Shown here: piece after piece, positions 18,499 to 27,247 of the stretch
How the letters are laid out: every line of letters starts with the position of its first letter
Numbering within the stretch: position 1 is the first letter of the stretch
Assembly: GCA_016287865.1 (NCBI GenBank)
Contig: JAEEXP010000002.1
Location: 7,859-71,858, forward strand
Origin: Bacillales bacterium
Lineage (GTDB): Bacteria; Bacillota_I; Bacilli_A; Izemoplasmatales; UBA1188
Direction: 5' to 3'
Length of the DNA stretch: 64,000 nucleotides
Translations under genes and position numbers: made by a program
Notes under the pieces: generated by a model
The model's database searches: none
Told to the model about the DNA's origin: nothing
The model's input: only the letters and a program-made list of their open reading frames with translations

Positions 18499-20274
18499 AT
18501 GGCTAAAATCAATATTAAAATTGAAGGTCAACCATATCAAGTAGAAGAAGGATTAACAATCCTTGAAGCTGCGAGAGAGTGTGGTTATGAAATCCCTACA
18601 TTATGTAATTTCAATCATGGTGAATGCTCACTCGCATCTTGCCGTGTTTGTTTAGTTGAAGCAACAGGTGCTAGAGGCCTCGTTGCATCTTGCGTATATC
18701 CAGTAGCTGAAGGAATGGAAATTAAAATCTCATCTCCTAAAGCAACTCAAGCAAGAAGAGTTTCTGTAGAACTTTTACTCTCTAACCATTCATTCCATTG
18801 TCAACAATGTGATAAGAATGGTCACTGCGAATTACTTCACGTTGCCCAACTCGTTGGCGCAAGAGAAGGTAAATTCTTTGGTTCTAAGAGTGAAACATTC
18901 TTAGATCAAAACAACTCATCAATCGTTCGTGATACTTCTAAATGTATCCTTTGCGGAAGATGCGTTAATAGATGCGTAAGCATTCATGGAACTGGTATCC
19001 TTGGATTTGAAAGAAGAGGATTCAAAACATTTATCGCTCCAGCTGGAAACAGAGGTTTCGATGAATCTCCATGTTTACTCTGTGGACAATGCGTTAACGT
19101 ATGTCCAACAGGCGCTTTAATGGAAAAGAGTGAAATTGATAAGCTTGATGCAGCTATGGCAGCTGGTAAATATGTTATCGTTCAAACCGCTCCTGCAGTT
19201 AGAGCTGCTCTTGGTGAAGAATTCGGTCTTCCAGTAGGTACTCCTGTAACTGGTAAGATGGTTGCTGCATTAAGAAGACTTGGTTTCTATAGAGTTTATG
19301 ATACTAACTTCGGTGCTGACCTCACTATTATGGAAGAAGCTACTGAATTATTATCTAGAATTAAAAATGGTGGAACTCTCCCTATGATTACATCTTGTAG
19401 TCCAGGTTGGGTAAACTACGCTGAATATTATTATCCAGAAGTACTTGATAACTTATCAACTTGTAAATCTCCACACCAAATGCAAGGTGCTGTAATCAAA
19501 TCTTACTTCGCTAAAGAAAAAGGTATTGATCCTAAAGATATCGTTACTGTATCTATCATGCCTTGTACAGCTAAGAAGTTTGAAAAAGACAGAAAAGAAA
19601 TGGAAGTTGATGGCATAAGAGATGTTGATATCGTATTAACTACAAGAGAACTCGCAAGACTCATCAAGAGAAGTGGTATGAACTTCACTAAACTTCCTGA
19701 TGAAGAATACGATCAAGATATCATGGGTGAATATACTGGTGCTGGTGTTATCTTCGGTGTTACTGGTGGTGTTATGGAAGCTGCACTCCGTACAGCTTAC
19801 AAAGTACTTACAGGTAAAGAAAGACAACCAATTGAATTCCATGAAGTTAGAGGACTTGAAGGAATCAAAGAAGCTGAAATTGATCTTGGCGCAGCTAAGA
19901 TTAAAGTTGCAGTTGCATCTGGTATGAAGAACGCATCTAAACTCTTAGATCAAATCAAAGCTGGAACTAGCCCATATACATTTATTGAAATTATGTGCTG
20001 TCCAGGTGGATGTATCAACGGTGGTGGTCAACCATTTGTTAAACCAATGCTTATGCCTAACGAAGACGCTGATATCTATGAAACTTATCGTGCTAAACGT
20101 GCTCAAGCATTATACAGTGAAGATGAAAGACAATTATTACGTCAATCTCACAACAATCCACAAATCCAAGAACTATATAAGAAGTATTTAGGTGAACCTA
20201 ACTCTCATATAGCTCATGAATTACTACATACTCACTACAATAAAAACAGAGAAAAATACCCTGTTAAAAAGTAA
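18499..20274 (+). CDS. hydA: [FeFe]-hydrogenase catalytic subunit, group A (trimeric bifurcating type)
   Basis: H-cluster motifs TSCSPGW, MPCTAKKFE, EIMCCPGGCINGGG; N-terminal Fe-S domains. Confidence 0.95.
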   Translation: MAKINIKIEGQPYQVEEGLTILEAARECGYEIPTLCNFNHGECSLASCRVCLVEATGARGLVASCVYPVAEGMEIKISSPKATQARRVSVELLLSNHSFHCQQCDKNGHCELLHVAQLVGAREGKFFGSKSETFLDQNNSSIVRDTSKCILCGRCVNRCVSIHGTGILGFERRGFKTFIAPAGNRGFDESPCLLCGQCVNVCPTGALMEKSEIDKLDAAMAAGKYVIVQTAPAVRAALGEEFGLPVGTPVTGKMVAALRRLGFYRVYDTNFGADLTIMEEATELLSRIKNGGTLPMITSCSPGWVNYAEYYYPEVLDNLSTCKSPHQMQGAVIKSYFAKEKGIDPKDIVTVSIMPCTAKKFEKDRKEMEVDGIRDVDIVLTTRELARLIKRSGMNFTKLPDEEYDQDIMGEYTGAGVIFGVTGGVMEAALRTAYKVLTGKERQPIEFHEVRGLEGIKEAEIDLGAAKIKVAVASGMKNASKLLDQIKAGTSPYTFIEIMCCPGGCINGGGQPFVKPMLMPNEDADIYETYRAKRAQALYSEDERQLLRQSHNNPQIQELYKKYLGEPNSHIAHELLHTHYNKNREKYPVKK

Positions 20275-20281
20275 GTAATAT

Positions 20282-20313
20282 AAAAAGTGGTGCAATCGTG
20301 TACCACTTTTTTT
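20282..20313 (+). terminator. Terminator of the hyd operon
   Basis: AAAAAGTGGTGCA...TGTACCACTTTTT. Confidence 0.75.
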
Positions 20314-20377
20314 CATTTAAGCACATTTACTTATAAATATATAAATGTATTATATGATATAAGTAATGGAGGTTATT

Positions 20378-21217
20378 ATGAAAAATACTACCCAAAAAGT
20401 TATACTTATTACTGGTGCATCTTCAGGATTTGGATTTGATGCGGCTAAACTCCTAAAAGATAAAGGCGCTATTGTTTATGGTGTCGCAAGAAGAGAAGAT
20501 AAACTCAAAGAATTATCTGAATATGGAATTAATACTTATAAATTAGATGTTACTGATTATATTGAATCAGAAAGAGTTGTTAATGAAATCATTAAGAAAG
20601 AAGGCAGAATTGATGTTCTTATTAATAATGCTGGATATGGTGAATTAGGCCCAATAGAAGTTGTCTCAATTGAGAATGCGAAGAAACAAATGGAAGTAAA
20701 TGTATTTGCTCTAGCTAATATGTGTAAACTTGTAATTCCATCAATGAGAGAAAATAGAAGCGGAAGAATCATTAATATCTCAAGCGTAGCTGGAAGAGTA
20801 TCTACATATTATGGTGGTTGGTATAACGTATCTAAGTTTTCTGTAGAAGCTTTAACTGATTCACTGCGTTTAGACTTAAAGAGATTTGGAATATCAGTAA
20901 CCGCCATTGAACCAGGCCCATTTAAAACTAACTGGGGAAACATTGCCTATAAGAATATACTTGAATCTACTAAAGGAACTATCTATGAAGAAGATGGCAT
21001 TCAAGTAGCTAACTTCTATAAAAAAGGATATTCAAAAAAGAATCTAATTATTCAAGATCCTACTAAAGTATCTAAGAAAATAGTTAAAGTATCACTTAAG
21101 AAGCATATTAGAGCGAGATACTTAGTTGGTAACTTTACCGGATTCATGGTATATGGTTCTAAACTAATACCTACTAAACTTCTAGATAATATTAAGAGAT
21201 CTACAAGACTAAAATAA
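20378..21217 (+). CDS. Short-chain dehydrogenase/reductase
   Basis: TGASSGFG, NNAG, YNVSK motifs. Confidence 0.92.
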   Translation: MKNTTQKVILITGASSGFGFDAAKLLKDKGAIVYGVARREDKLKELSEYGINTYKLDVTDYIESERVVNEIIKKEGRIDVLINNAGYGELGPIEVVSIENAKKQMEVNVFALANMCKLVIPSMRENRSGRIINISSVAGRVSTYYGGWYNVSKFSVEALTDSLRLDLKRFGISVTAIEPGPFKTNWGNIAYKNILESTKGTIYEEDGIQVANFYKKGYSKKNLIIQDPTKVSKKIVKVSLKKHIRARYLVGNFTGFMVYGSKLIPTKLLDNIKRSTRLK

Positions 21218-21220
21218 AAG

Positions 21221-21254
21221 AAAACACATATCGAATAAGCTGATATGTGTTTTT
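21221..21254. terminator. Bidirectional terminator
   Basis: AAAACACATATC/GATATGTGTTTT between convergent genes. Confidence 0.7.
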
Positions 21255-21858
21255 AATTTAAAGTGATTATATTATCTTCCTTTTTAATATATCCATCCTT
21301 CACAAGTTTAGTTAGTATTCGTGAAACATTTTCTCTTGGAAGGTTAACAATTTTAGCGAGATTAGTAACTGATTTAATATCAATCTTTCCATCAACATTA
21401 TTATTCTTTAGATAATAAATAATTCTATCAATATTCTTTTTGTGAGATAACATTTTAACCTGTTGTTTTATTCTAAATGCTTCAATAGAAATATCACATA
21501 AATATGCATTTAAGAATACTTTATTAGCCATTAGAATATTATCAAGCGTGTTCTTATTTATTAGCGCAATTTCGCTATTTTTTATAGCTATTACATCACC
21601 TAAATATGTACTATTACTCTCATTGAATATCAGAAACTGACCAAAGAATTCTCCTTCATTAATAGTGCTTATTATTTCTTCTTTATCTTTAAAAGATAGA
21701 GTAGAAATATTTAGTTTACCTTTAAGTAAATAGCCTAAATATTCACAGGTTTCGCCCTCATTAAAAAGGACGCCTCCACTTTGAGTTTTAGTGGTTATTA
21801 TTTTCTTTTCATTTATTAATTTTTGTATTTCATGTTTAATAATTTCTTTATTTGTCAT
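21253..21858 (-). CDS. Crp/Fnr family transcriptional regulator
   Basis: cNMP-like barrel (LFNEGE...GEFFG) and HTH LAKIVNLPRENVSRIL. Confidence 0.88.
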   Translation of the reverse strand: MTNKEIIKHEIQKLINEKKIITTKTQSGGVLFNEGETCEYLGYLLKGKLNISTLSFKDKEEIISTINEGEFFGQFLIFNESNSTYLGDVIAIKNSEIALINKNTLDNILMANKVFLNAYLCDISIEAFRIKQQVKMLSHKKNIDRIIYYLKNNNVDGKIDIKSVTNLAKIVNLPRENVSRILTKLVKDGYIKKEDNIITLN

Positions 21859-21871
21859 AATTCACCTATTG

Positions 21872-21887
21872 TGTGATAAACATCACA
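21872..21887. promoter_or_regulatory. Crp-type operator TGTGA-N6-TCACA
   Basis: TGTGATAAACATCACA between the divergent regulator and ABC genes. Confidence 0.75.
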
Positions 21888-21938
21888 GTATTTAAATTAT
21901 AACTGAGTTATAATTATTACGCAAGAGAGGTATTAAAA

Positions 21939-22862
21939 ATGAAGAAATTAATTTTATTTGTATTATCACTAGTAACAGTTTTCACACTTGCATCATGCAA
22001 GGTTAAAACTCAAGAAGTGAATATTATTTGTCCAAGTGGTACACCACTTTTAAGTATTGTGAACTATATGGATGAACATAAAGAAGCAAATGTTGAAGTA
22101 GCTCAAGGTAGTGATCCACTAGTAGCTGCATTCGCAAAAGATTATTATGATGTTATTGTTGCTCCAGTTAATCTAGGTGCTAAATTCTATAACACTAATG
22201 GAAACTATGTTTTAGCTAAGACAATCGTTTGGGGTAACTTATATATCGCATCTAAAAACGATATGACAAGTTTTGATGATTTAAATGGTAAAAAGTTAGT
22301 AGTATTTGGAAAGAACTCTACTCCAGATATTATCGTTAAAGCTATTTTAAATTCTAAAACAAATTTAAATGTTGAAATTGAATATGTAGCTGATGTTGCT
22401 GAAGCTAATACACTTTTAGTATCAGGTAAGGCTGAATACATTGTAACTGCTGAACCAAGTATTTCTAAGATTAAAGATGCTAAAGGATTAAAGACTTTAG
22501 ATCTTCAAGAAGAATACAGTAAGATTAGTGGAACTAGAAGCTATCCACAAGCTGGTATCTTCGTACTTAAATCAAAGAAGAACGACAGACTTATAAGAAG
22601 CGTTGTTTCATCTTTAATTGAATCTGTAGATTTAACTAACAAAGAACCAAATGTTACTGCAGTTAAGGCAGTAGAATTAAATGATACATTTAAGACACTT
22701 GGTGCTGATGCACTCACAAAAGCTATTCCTAACTGTCACTTTAATGTATTAAATAAAAAAGAAGAAAAAGAAGCTGTAAATAAATATCTTCAATTAATGA
22801 TTGATTTAGGCTTCTCAAAACAAGTAGGAGATAAACTCCCTGATGAAGAGTTCTTCTTATAA
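21939..22862 (+). CDS. ABC transporter substrate-binding lipoprotein (NMT1/SsuA-like)
   Basis: Lipobox LASC; PSGTP, P.NLGAKFYN, WGNLY, TPD, AEP, YPQAG. Confidence 0.75.
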   Translation: MKKLILFVLSLVTVFTLASCKVKTQEVNIICPSGTPLLSIVNYMDEHKEANVEVAQGSDPLVAAFAKDYYDVIVAPVNLGAKFYNTNGNYVLAKTIVWGNLYIASKNDMTSFDDLNGKKLVVFGKNSTPDIIVKAILNSKTNLNVEIEYVADVAEANTLLVSGKAEYIVTAEPSISKIKDAKGLKTLDLQEEYSKISGTRSYPQAGIFVLKSKKNDRLIRSVVSSLIESVDLTNKEPNVTAVKAVELNDTFKTLGADALTKAIPNCHFNVLNKKEEKEAVNKYLQLMIDLGFSKQVGDKLPDEEFFL

Positions 22863-23598
22863 GCATTTCATCGTATCATTCACAGTAATTATAGGTTTAA
22901 TTGTAATCTACGAGATTATATCTTTAACTAGTAAAAATAATTTATTTATTCCTGATTTTCTAGATATTTTAAAGAATATATTTAATATCTTTAAGAGTGG
23001 TAAAGATGTTTTAATCTTACTTAAAACCATTCTTAAAATATTAATAGTTATTATTTCAAGTTTCTTAATTAGTATTCTCATTCACTATATCTCACATATC
23101 TTTAAATACAATAAAGATATAGTGAATCCATTAATCTTTATTATTAAGGCATCGCCATTTGCGATAGTATCTGTCTATCTTTATATTTTATTATTCAATA
23201 ATAAAGAGATAATCCCATATATTGTTTCATTTATGGTTATATTCCCTTTAGTATATGATGGAGTAGGTGGAGCATTAAAGATTGATAAGAATATCATTGA
23301 AGAAGTTAAAATGCTTAAAGGTTCTACTTTAGAAAAGTATAAAGAAGTATACCTGCCTTTAGCTCTTCCTCCAATGTTAATCACATTCCTTCAATCAATT
23401 TCACTTGGTGTAAAGGTTATGGTTATGAGTGAATATATTGCGTCAGTAAATAATTCGATTGGTCAAATTATTAATGATGCGAAGCTTAATCTAGACTTCG
23501 GTGTAATACTTGCGTGGTTAATATTATTAGTGTTAATAATAGTGATGTTTGATGTTTTAGTAAGTATTCTTAAAAAGAAATTAAATAAGATTTATTAG
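22843..23598 (+). CDS. ABC transporter permease (SsuC/TauC-like)
   Basis: Multi-TM protein; GVKVMVMSEY...SIG motif. Confidence 0.75.
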   Translation: MKSSSYKHFIVSFTVIIGLIVIYEIISLTSKNNLFIPDFLDILKNIFNIFKSGKDVLILLKTILKILIVIISSFLISILIHYISHIFKYNKDIVNPLIFIIKASPFAIVSVYLYILLFNNKEIIPYIVSFMVIFPLVYDGVGGALKIDKNIIEEVKMLKGSTLEKYKEVYLPLALPPMLITFLQSISLGVKVMVMSEYIASVNNSIGQIINDAKLNLDFGVILAWLILLVLIIVMFDVLVSILKKKLNKIY

Positions 23599-23640
23599 TA
23601 AAAGGTAGTTTTATAGAATTTAAACCTGGAGGAGTTAAAC

Positions 23641-24000
23641 ATGGAAGATAATAAATATTTGTGCCCAGAATGTAATGGTGAAATGGTTGCCGAGTACAAC
23701 AAGCCTGCTTTAACGTTGACTTGCCCTAAATGTGGATGTAAAATAGCAACAACAAAGTGGGATGATATTGATGTTGATCCAAACATTTATAAGATTATTG
23801 TTATGCCTAATAATGATGAAAGTATTGAATCTATTAAAATAATATCAAAATTAACTGGTAAGAATTTTAAAGAATCTAAGGAATTATTGAAAAATGGATT
23901 TGTGATATTTGAGGGCTATGCTAATTTTATTAAAGAAAAAATAAGTTTAATTTCAAATACACTTGTTAAGTATGAAATTACTCCGCATTTCCCTTATTAA
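23641..24000 (+). CDS. Small zinc-ribbon protein of unknown function
   Basis: GGAGG RBS; CPEC...CPKC. Confidence 0.6.
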   Translation: MEDNKYLCPECNGEMVAEYNKPALTLTCPKCGCKIATTKWDDIDVDPNIYKIIVMPNNDESIESIKIISKLTGKNFKESKELLKNGFVIFEGYANFIKEKISLISNTLVKYEITPHFPY

Positions 24001-24078
24001 TTAAATTGTTCAGAGTGAATATTATTAATATAGTGGTATATTATATATGCCACTTATTTTTATTTTAAGGAGTTAAAT

Positions 24079-25290
24079 ATGAAAAAGAATATTTGGGTAT
24101 ATCCAATTAAATCTATGATGAGTTATGGAGATTTAATTAATAAAGATTCAGCTAAATTATTAGAATCTTTAACTAATAAGTTAAATAACGAATATGAATT
24201 TAATATTATTGAAGATTTATCTAAAGTTAAAAAAGATGATTTTTTATTAATCTTAGTTCAATCAGGCGGATCTGAGGCTATCTTTAAAAATGAAATATAT
24301 AACACTTATCCAGGACCTTATTATCTTTTAACTTATGGTGCATCTAATTCACTAGCTGCATCACTTGAAATACTCACATTCTTAAAAGATAATTCTAAAA
24401 AGTGCGAAGTATTACACGGAAACGATGATTATATCGTAGATAGAATTAAAGCATTATATGAAAATAGAATAAATTCTAAAGTCGTAAGACTTGGAGTAAT
24501 TGGAAAACCTAGTGATTGGTTAATCTCATCAGAAGTTAATTATAATAGAGCTCTTGATGTGTTTAATATTGAACTCATAGATATTGATGATAAAGAAGTA
24601 ATAGAAGAGATTAATAAAATTAATGAGAAAGGTTTATCTAATTCTTATGACTTCAAATACGACAATAAAGAATTAGATAAAGCCTTAAGAATCCATGAAG
24701 CTTTAAAAGTAATAGTTAAGAAATATGATTTAGATGGATTCACTATTAGATGTTTCGATATTATTAAGGCAGTTAAATCTTCAACTTGCTTGTCTTTAGC
24801 TTTATTTAATAAAGAAGGAATAATCGCATCATGTGAAGGAGATATTCCTGCGATGATTAGCGCTTATGTTGCACTTAAAGTATTAAACGCTAAAGCATTC
24901 CAAGCTAATCCACAATGGATTGATCCAGTAAATAATATAGTTGAATTTGCTCACTGTACACTTCCTCTTGATATGTCTATAAATACTACACTTGATACGC
25001 ACTTTGAATCAGGTATTGGAATTGGACTACATGGAGAACTTAAAACTGGAGATATCACTATTTTAAAGATTAATTCTAGATTAGATGAATTCTATGTAGA
25101 AGAAGGAAATCTATTCACTAATGAATATAGAAAAGATAGATGTAGAACTCAAGTTAAGATTAAACTTAACTTAGATGCTTCATATTTCTTAAGAAGTTCT
25201 TTAGGTAACCATCATCAAATAATATATGGTCACCATAAGAAGGAATTAAAAGAATTCTTAGAATCAAATGGCTTAAGAGAAGTAATATAA
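24079..25290 (+). CDS. L-fucose/L-arabinose isomerase-like protein
   Basis: TIRCFD, SCEGD, FAHCT, THFESG, DRCRTQ, LGNHH. Confidence 0.7.
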   Translation: MKKNIWVYPIKSMMSYGDLINKDSAKLLESLTNKLNNEYEFNIIEDLSKVKKDDFLLILVQSGGSEAIFKNEIYNTYPGPYYLLTYGASNSLAASLEILTFLKDNSKKCEVLHGNDDYIVDRIKALYENRINSKVVRLGVIGKPSDWLISSEVNYNRALDVFNIELIDIDDKEVIEEINKINEKGLSNSYDFKYDNKELDKALRIHEALKVIVKKYDLDGFTIRCFDIIKAVKSSTCLSLALFNKEGIIASCEGDIPAMISAYVALKVLNAKAFQANPQWIDPVNNIVEFAHCTLPLDMSINTTLDTHFESGIGIGLHGELKTGDITILKINSRLDEFYVEEGNLFTNEYRKDRCRTQVKIKLNLDASYFLRSSLGNHHQIIYGHHKKELKEFLESNGLREVI

Positions 25291-25426
25291 AATACACAGT
25301 ATTTTCACATTTTTACATCTTTTTCACAAAAACAATGGTTTCTATAACCATTTTTTTGTATTGTTTTGACTTAGTATAGATTAAGTAATAATATCAAAAT
25401 GTAGATTTAAAAAGGAGGGAATTATT

Positions 25427-26332
25427 ATGAAAAGAAAATTAATTAATATATTCTCAATTATCGCGCTTGTAGCAGTAACTTTATCACTCGTATCTTGCTA
25501 CGCATCTAAACCTGGTACTTTAAAACAATTAGTTGGTACATATGAATTAACTAAATATACACTAAGTAATTCAAATGATAATTCAGATCCTGAAGCTAAT
25601 GATCAAATAAAGAAAGAAGGAATCGTTGCGTATTTAGTTATAAAAGATGATGGCACAGGTTTTTATGCTTATAAATCAAGTAGTGAAGCATTAAGAGTTG
25701 AAGCTATCAAAGTTAAATATGTATATGATGAAGAAGAAACAAATAAAGTAAAAGAAATTAGTTTTACTAATGGCCAAGAAACATCTGGTAAAGATGTTCC
25801 TGGATGTGGATATGAAACATTAGGTTTATACTTCAAACTATTTAAGAAGACTTTAAACCAATCTCATCCTGCAGTATTCGGAAAGAAGACATCTACATCA
25901 GTTACTTATACTAAAGTATCTTCTAAGTCAGACTTATCATATGTTGAAAAGAAGATGGGTAAATTACCTGAAGTATTACCATTCATCCTTAATGGACTTA
26001 CTGGTAACTATGTATTAACTTATGATAACCAAAATCTTTATGAATACTATATCGTATCATTAGATACTGCTACTATGAAAGCTACAGCTAACTATCGTTT
26101 AAAATCATCTACTCAAAATGTTAAAGTAGAAAATCAAGTTTTCACTGTAGAATATAAGACAGGCGAAACTGAGAATTATCTCGAAATCAAGGTTGGAGAT
26201 TACACACTAATTAGAAGACAAGGTGCTAATGGTCAATTCGTTAACGTTCTTGACTTAAAAGTTGATGAGTTCACTAATTATTACAACAAAGATTCTAGAA
26301 GTGTAAACGAGATTATTAATACTTATAACTAG
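25427..26332 (+). CDS. Lipoprotein of unknown function
   Basis: GGAGG RBS; lipobox LVSC. Confidence 0.7.
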   Translation: MKRKLINIFSIIALVAVTLSLVSCYASKPGTLKQLVGTYELTKYTLSNSNDNSDPEANDQIKKEGIVAYLVIKDDGTGFYAYKSSSEALRVEAIKVKYVYDEEETNKVKEISFTNGQETSGKDVPGCGYETLGLYFKLFKKTLNQSHPAVFGKKTSTSVTYTKVSSKSDLSYVEKKMGKLPEVLPFILNGLTGNYVLTYDNQNLYEYYIVSLDTATMKATANYRLKSSTQNVKVENQVFTVEYKTGETENYLEIKVGDYTLIRRQGANGQFVNVLDLKVDEFTNYYNKDSRSVNEIINTYN

Positions 26333-26351
26333 ACTTAAAAATCTATAATAT

Positions 26352-26380
26352 AAGCGAGCAAAATTGCTCGCTTTTATTTT
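26352..26380 (+). terminator. Intrinsic terminator
   Basis: AAGCGAGCA/TGCTCGCTT plus T-run. Confidence 0.75.
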
Positions 26381-26393
26381 CCTTTTTTTCTAC

Positions 26394-26424
26394 CCTTTAC
26401 ATTTATGTAAAGGAGGAGTAAACT
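26394..26424 (+). promoter_or_regulatory. Promoter TTTACA-17-TAAACT overlapped by palindrome CCTTTACAT-TT-ATGTAAAGG
   Basis: 9-bp perfect arms covering the -35 box. Confidence 0.45.
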
Positions 26425-26470
26425 AGTGTTAGTGAAATATTTTAATTTTATTAAAAAAGGGAGAAAAAAC

Positions 26471-27115
26471 ATGAAAAACAAATTATTATCAGTGATGTTT
26501 GTTTTACTTGCTTTAGTTCTACTTGTTGGTTGTGAAAAGAAGACTCAACCTCAAACAAAGAAACAAGGAAATGAATCATCACAAGTAGTTAATGGTGGAA
26601 GCCAAACACAAAAGGGTGATGCTACTACTAAACCAGTAGCAAAACAAGAAGTAGTTATTACTTTAAGTGCTTCAGATTTCGGTGATGCAGCAACTGAAGA
26701 AATTACCGACTATGTTCAAAAGAACATTGAAAAGAATGGCGTTGGATTCTACGCACACAGTATTATCCGTAGCAGTTACTTACAAGTAGGTGTTGCAAAA
26801 GTAAAGAAAGGAGTAATTACAAGACAACCTTCTGTAATTATGAATACAACTGCTAAGAAAGTTGTAAAGATTGAAATTACTGTTGATGCTGCAAATCAAA
26901 ACTTTGACGGTAAGATTTTAGTATTTGGTTTCAATGAAGCTATTGCTGATTTTGAAGCATTTGCTGCTAAAGGATTAACACCTGTTGAAACTATTCAACT
27001 CGCTTCAGGAACAACTACTTATACATATACATTTACTGCAGACTATAATTTCTTTGCAATTAGTCCATCTGACAGATTCTTAGCATTAGCTCAACTCAAA
27101 GTAACATTTGAATAA
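26471..27115 (+). CDS. Lipoprotein paralogous to the N-terminal domain of the downstream protease
   Basis: Lipobox LVGC; shares ASDF, K.GV..YAH, MN.TA.K, GF.EA, GL.P, TYTY.F with 27248..30808. Confidence 0.75.
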   Translation: MKNKLLSVMFVLLALVLLVGCEKKTQPQTKKQGNESSQVVNGGSQTQKGDATTKPVAKQEVVITLSASDFGDAATEEITDYVQKNIEKNGVGFYAHSIIRSSYLQVGVAKVKKGVITRQPSVIMNTTAKKVVKIEITVDAANQNFDGKILVFGFNEAIADFEAFAAKGLTPVETIQLASGTTTYTYTFTADYNFFAISPSDRFLALAQLKVTFE

Positions 27116-27125
27116 AAATGAAAAC

Positions 27126-27165
27126 AAAGTAAGGATAACAATAAATTGTTAATCCTTACTTTTTT
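27126..27165 (+). terminator. Intrinsic terminator
   Basis: AAAGTAAGGAT...ATCCTTACTTT plus T-run. Confidence 0.7.
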
Positions 27166-27247
27166 CTTTACTTTTTATACTTGTGGGTATATAATAAACT
27201 CACGTTTAAAATGTAATTTTAAAAGAAATTAATAAAAGGAGTTATAT

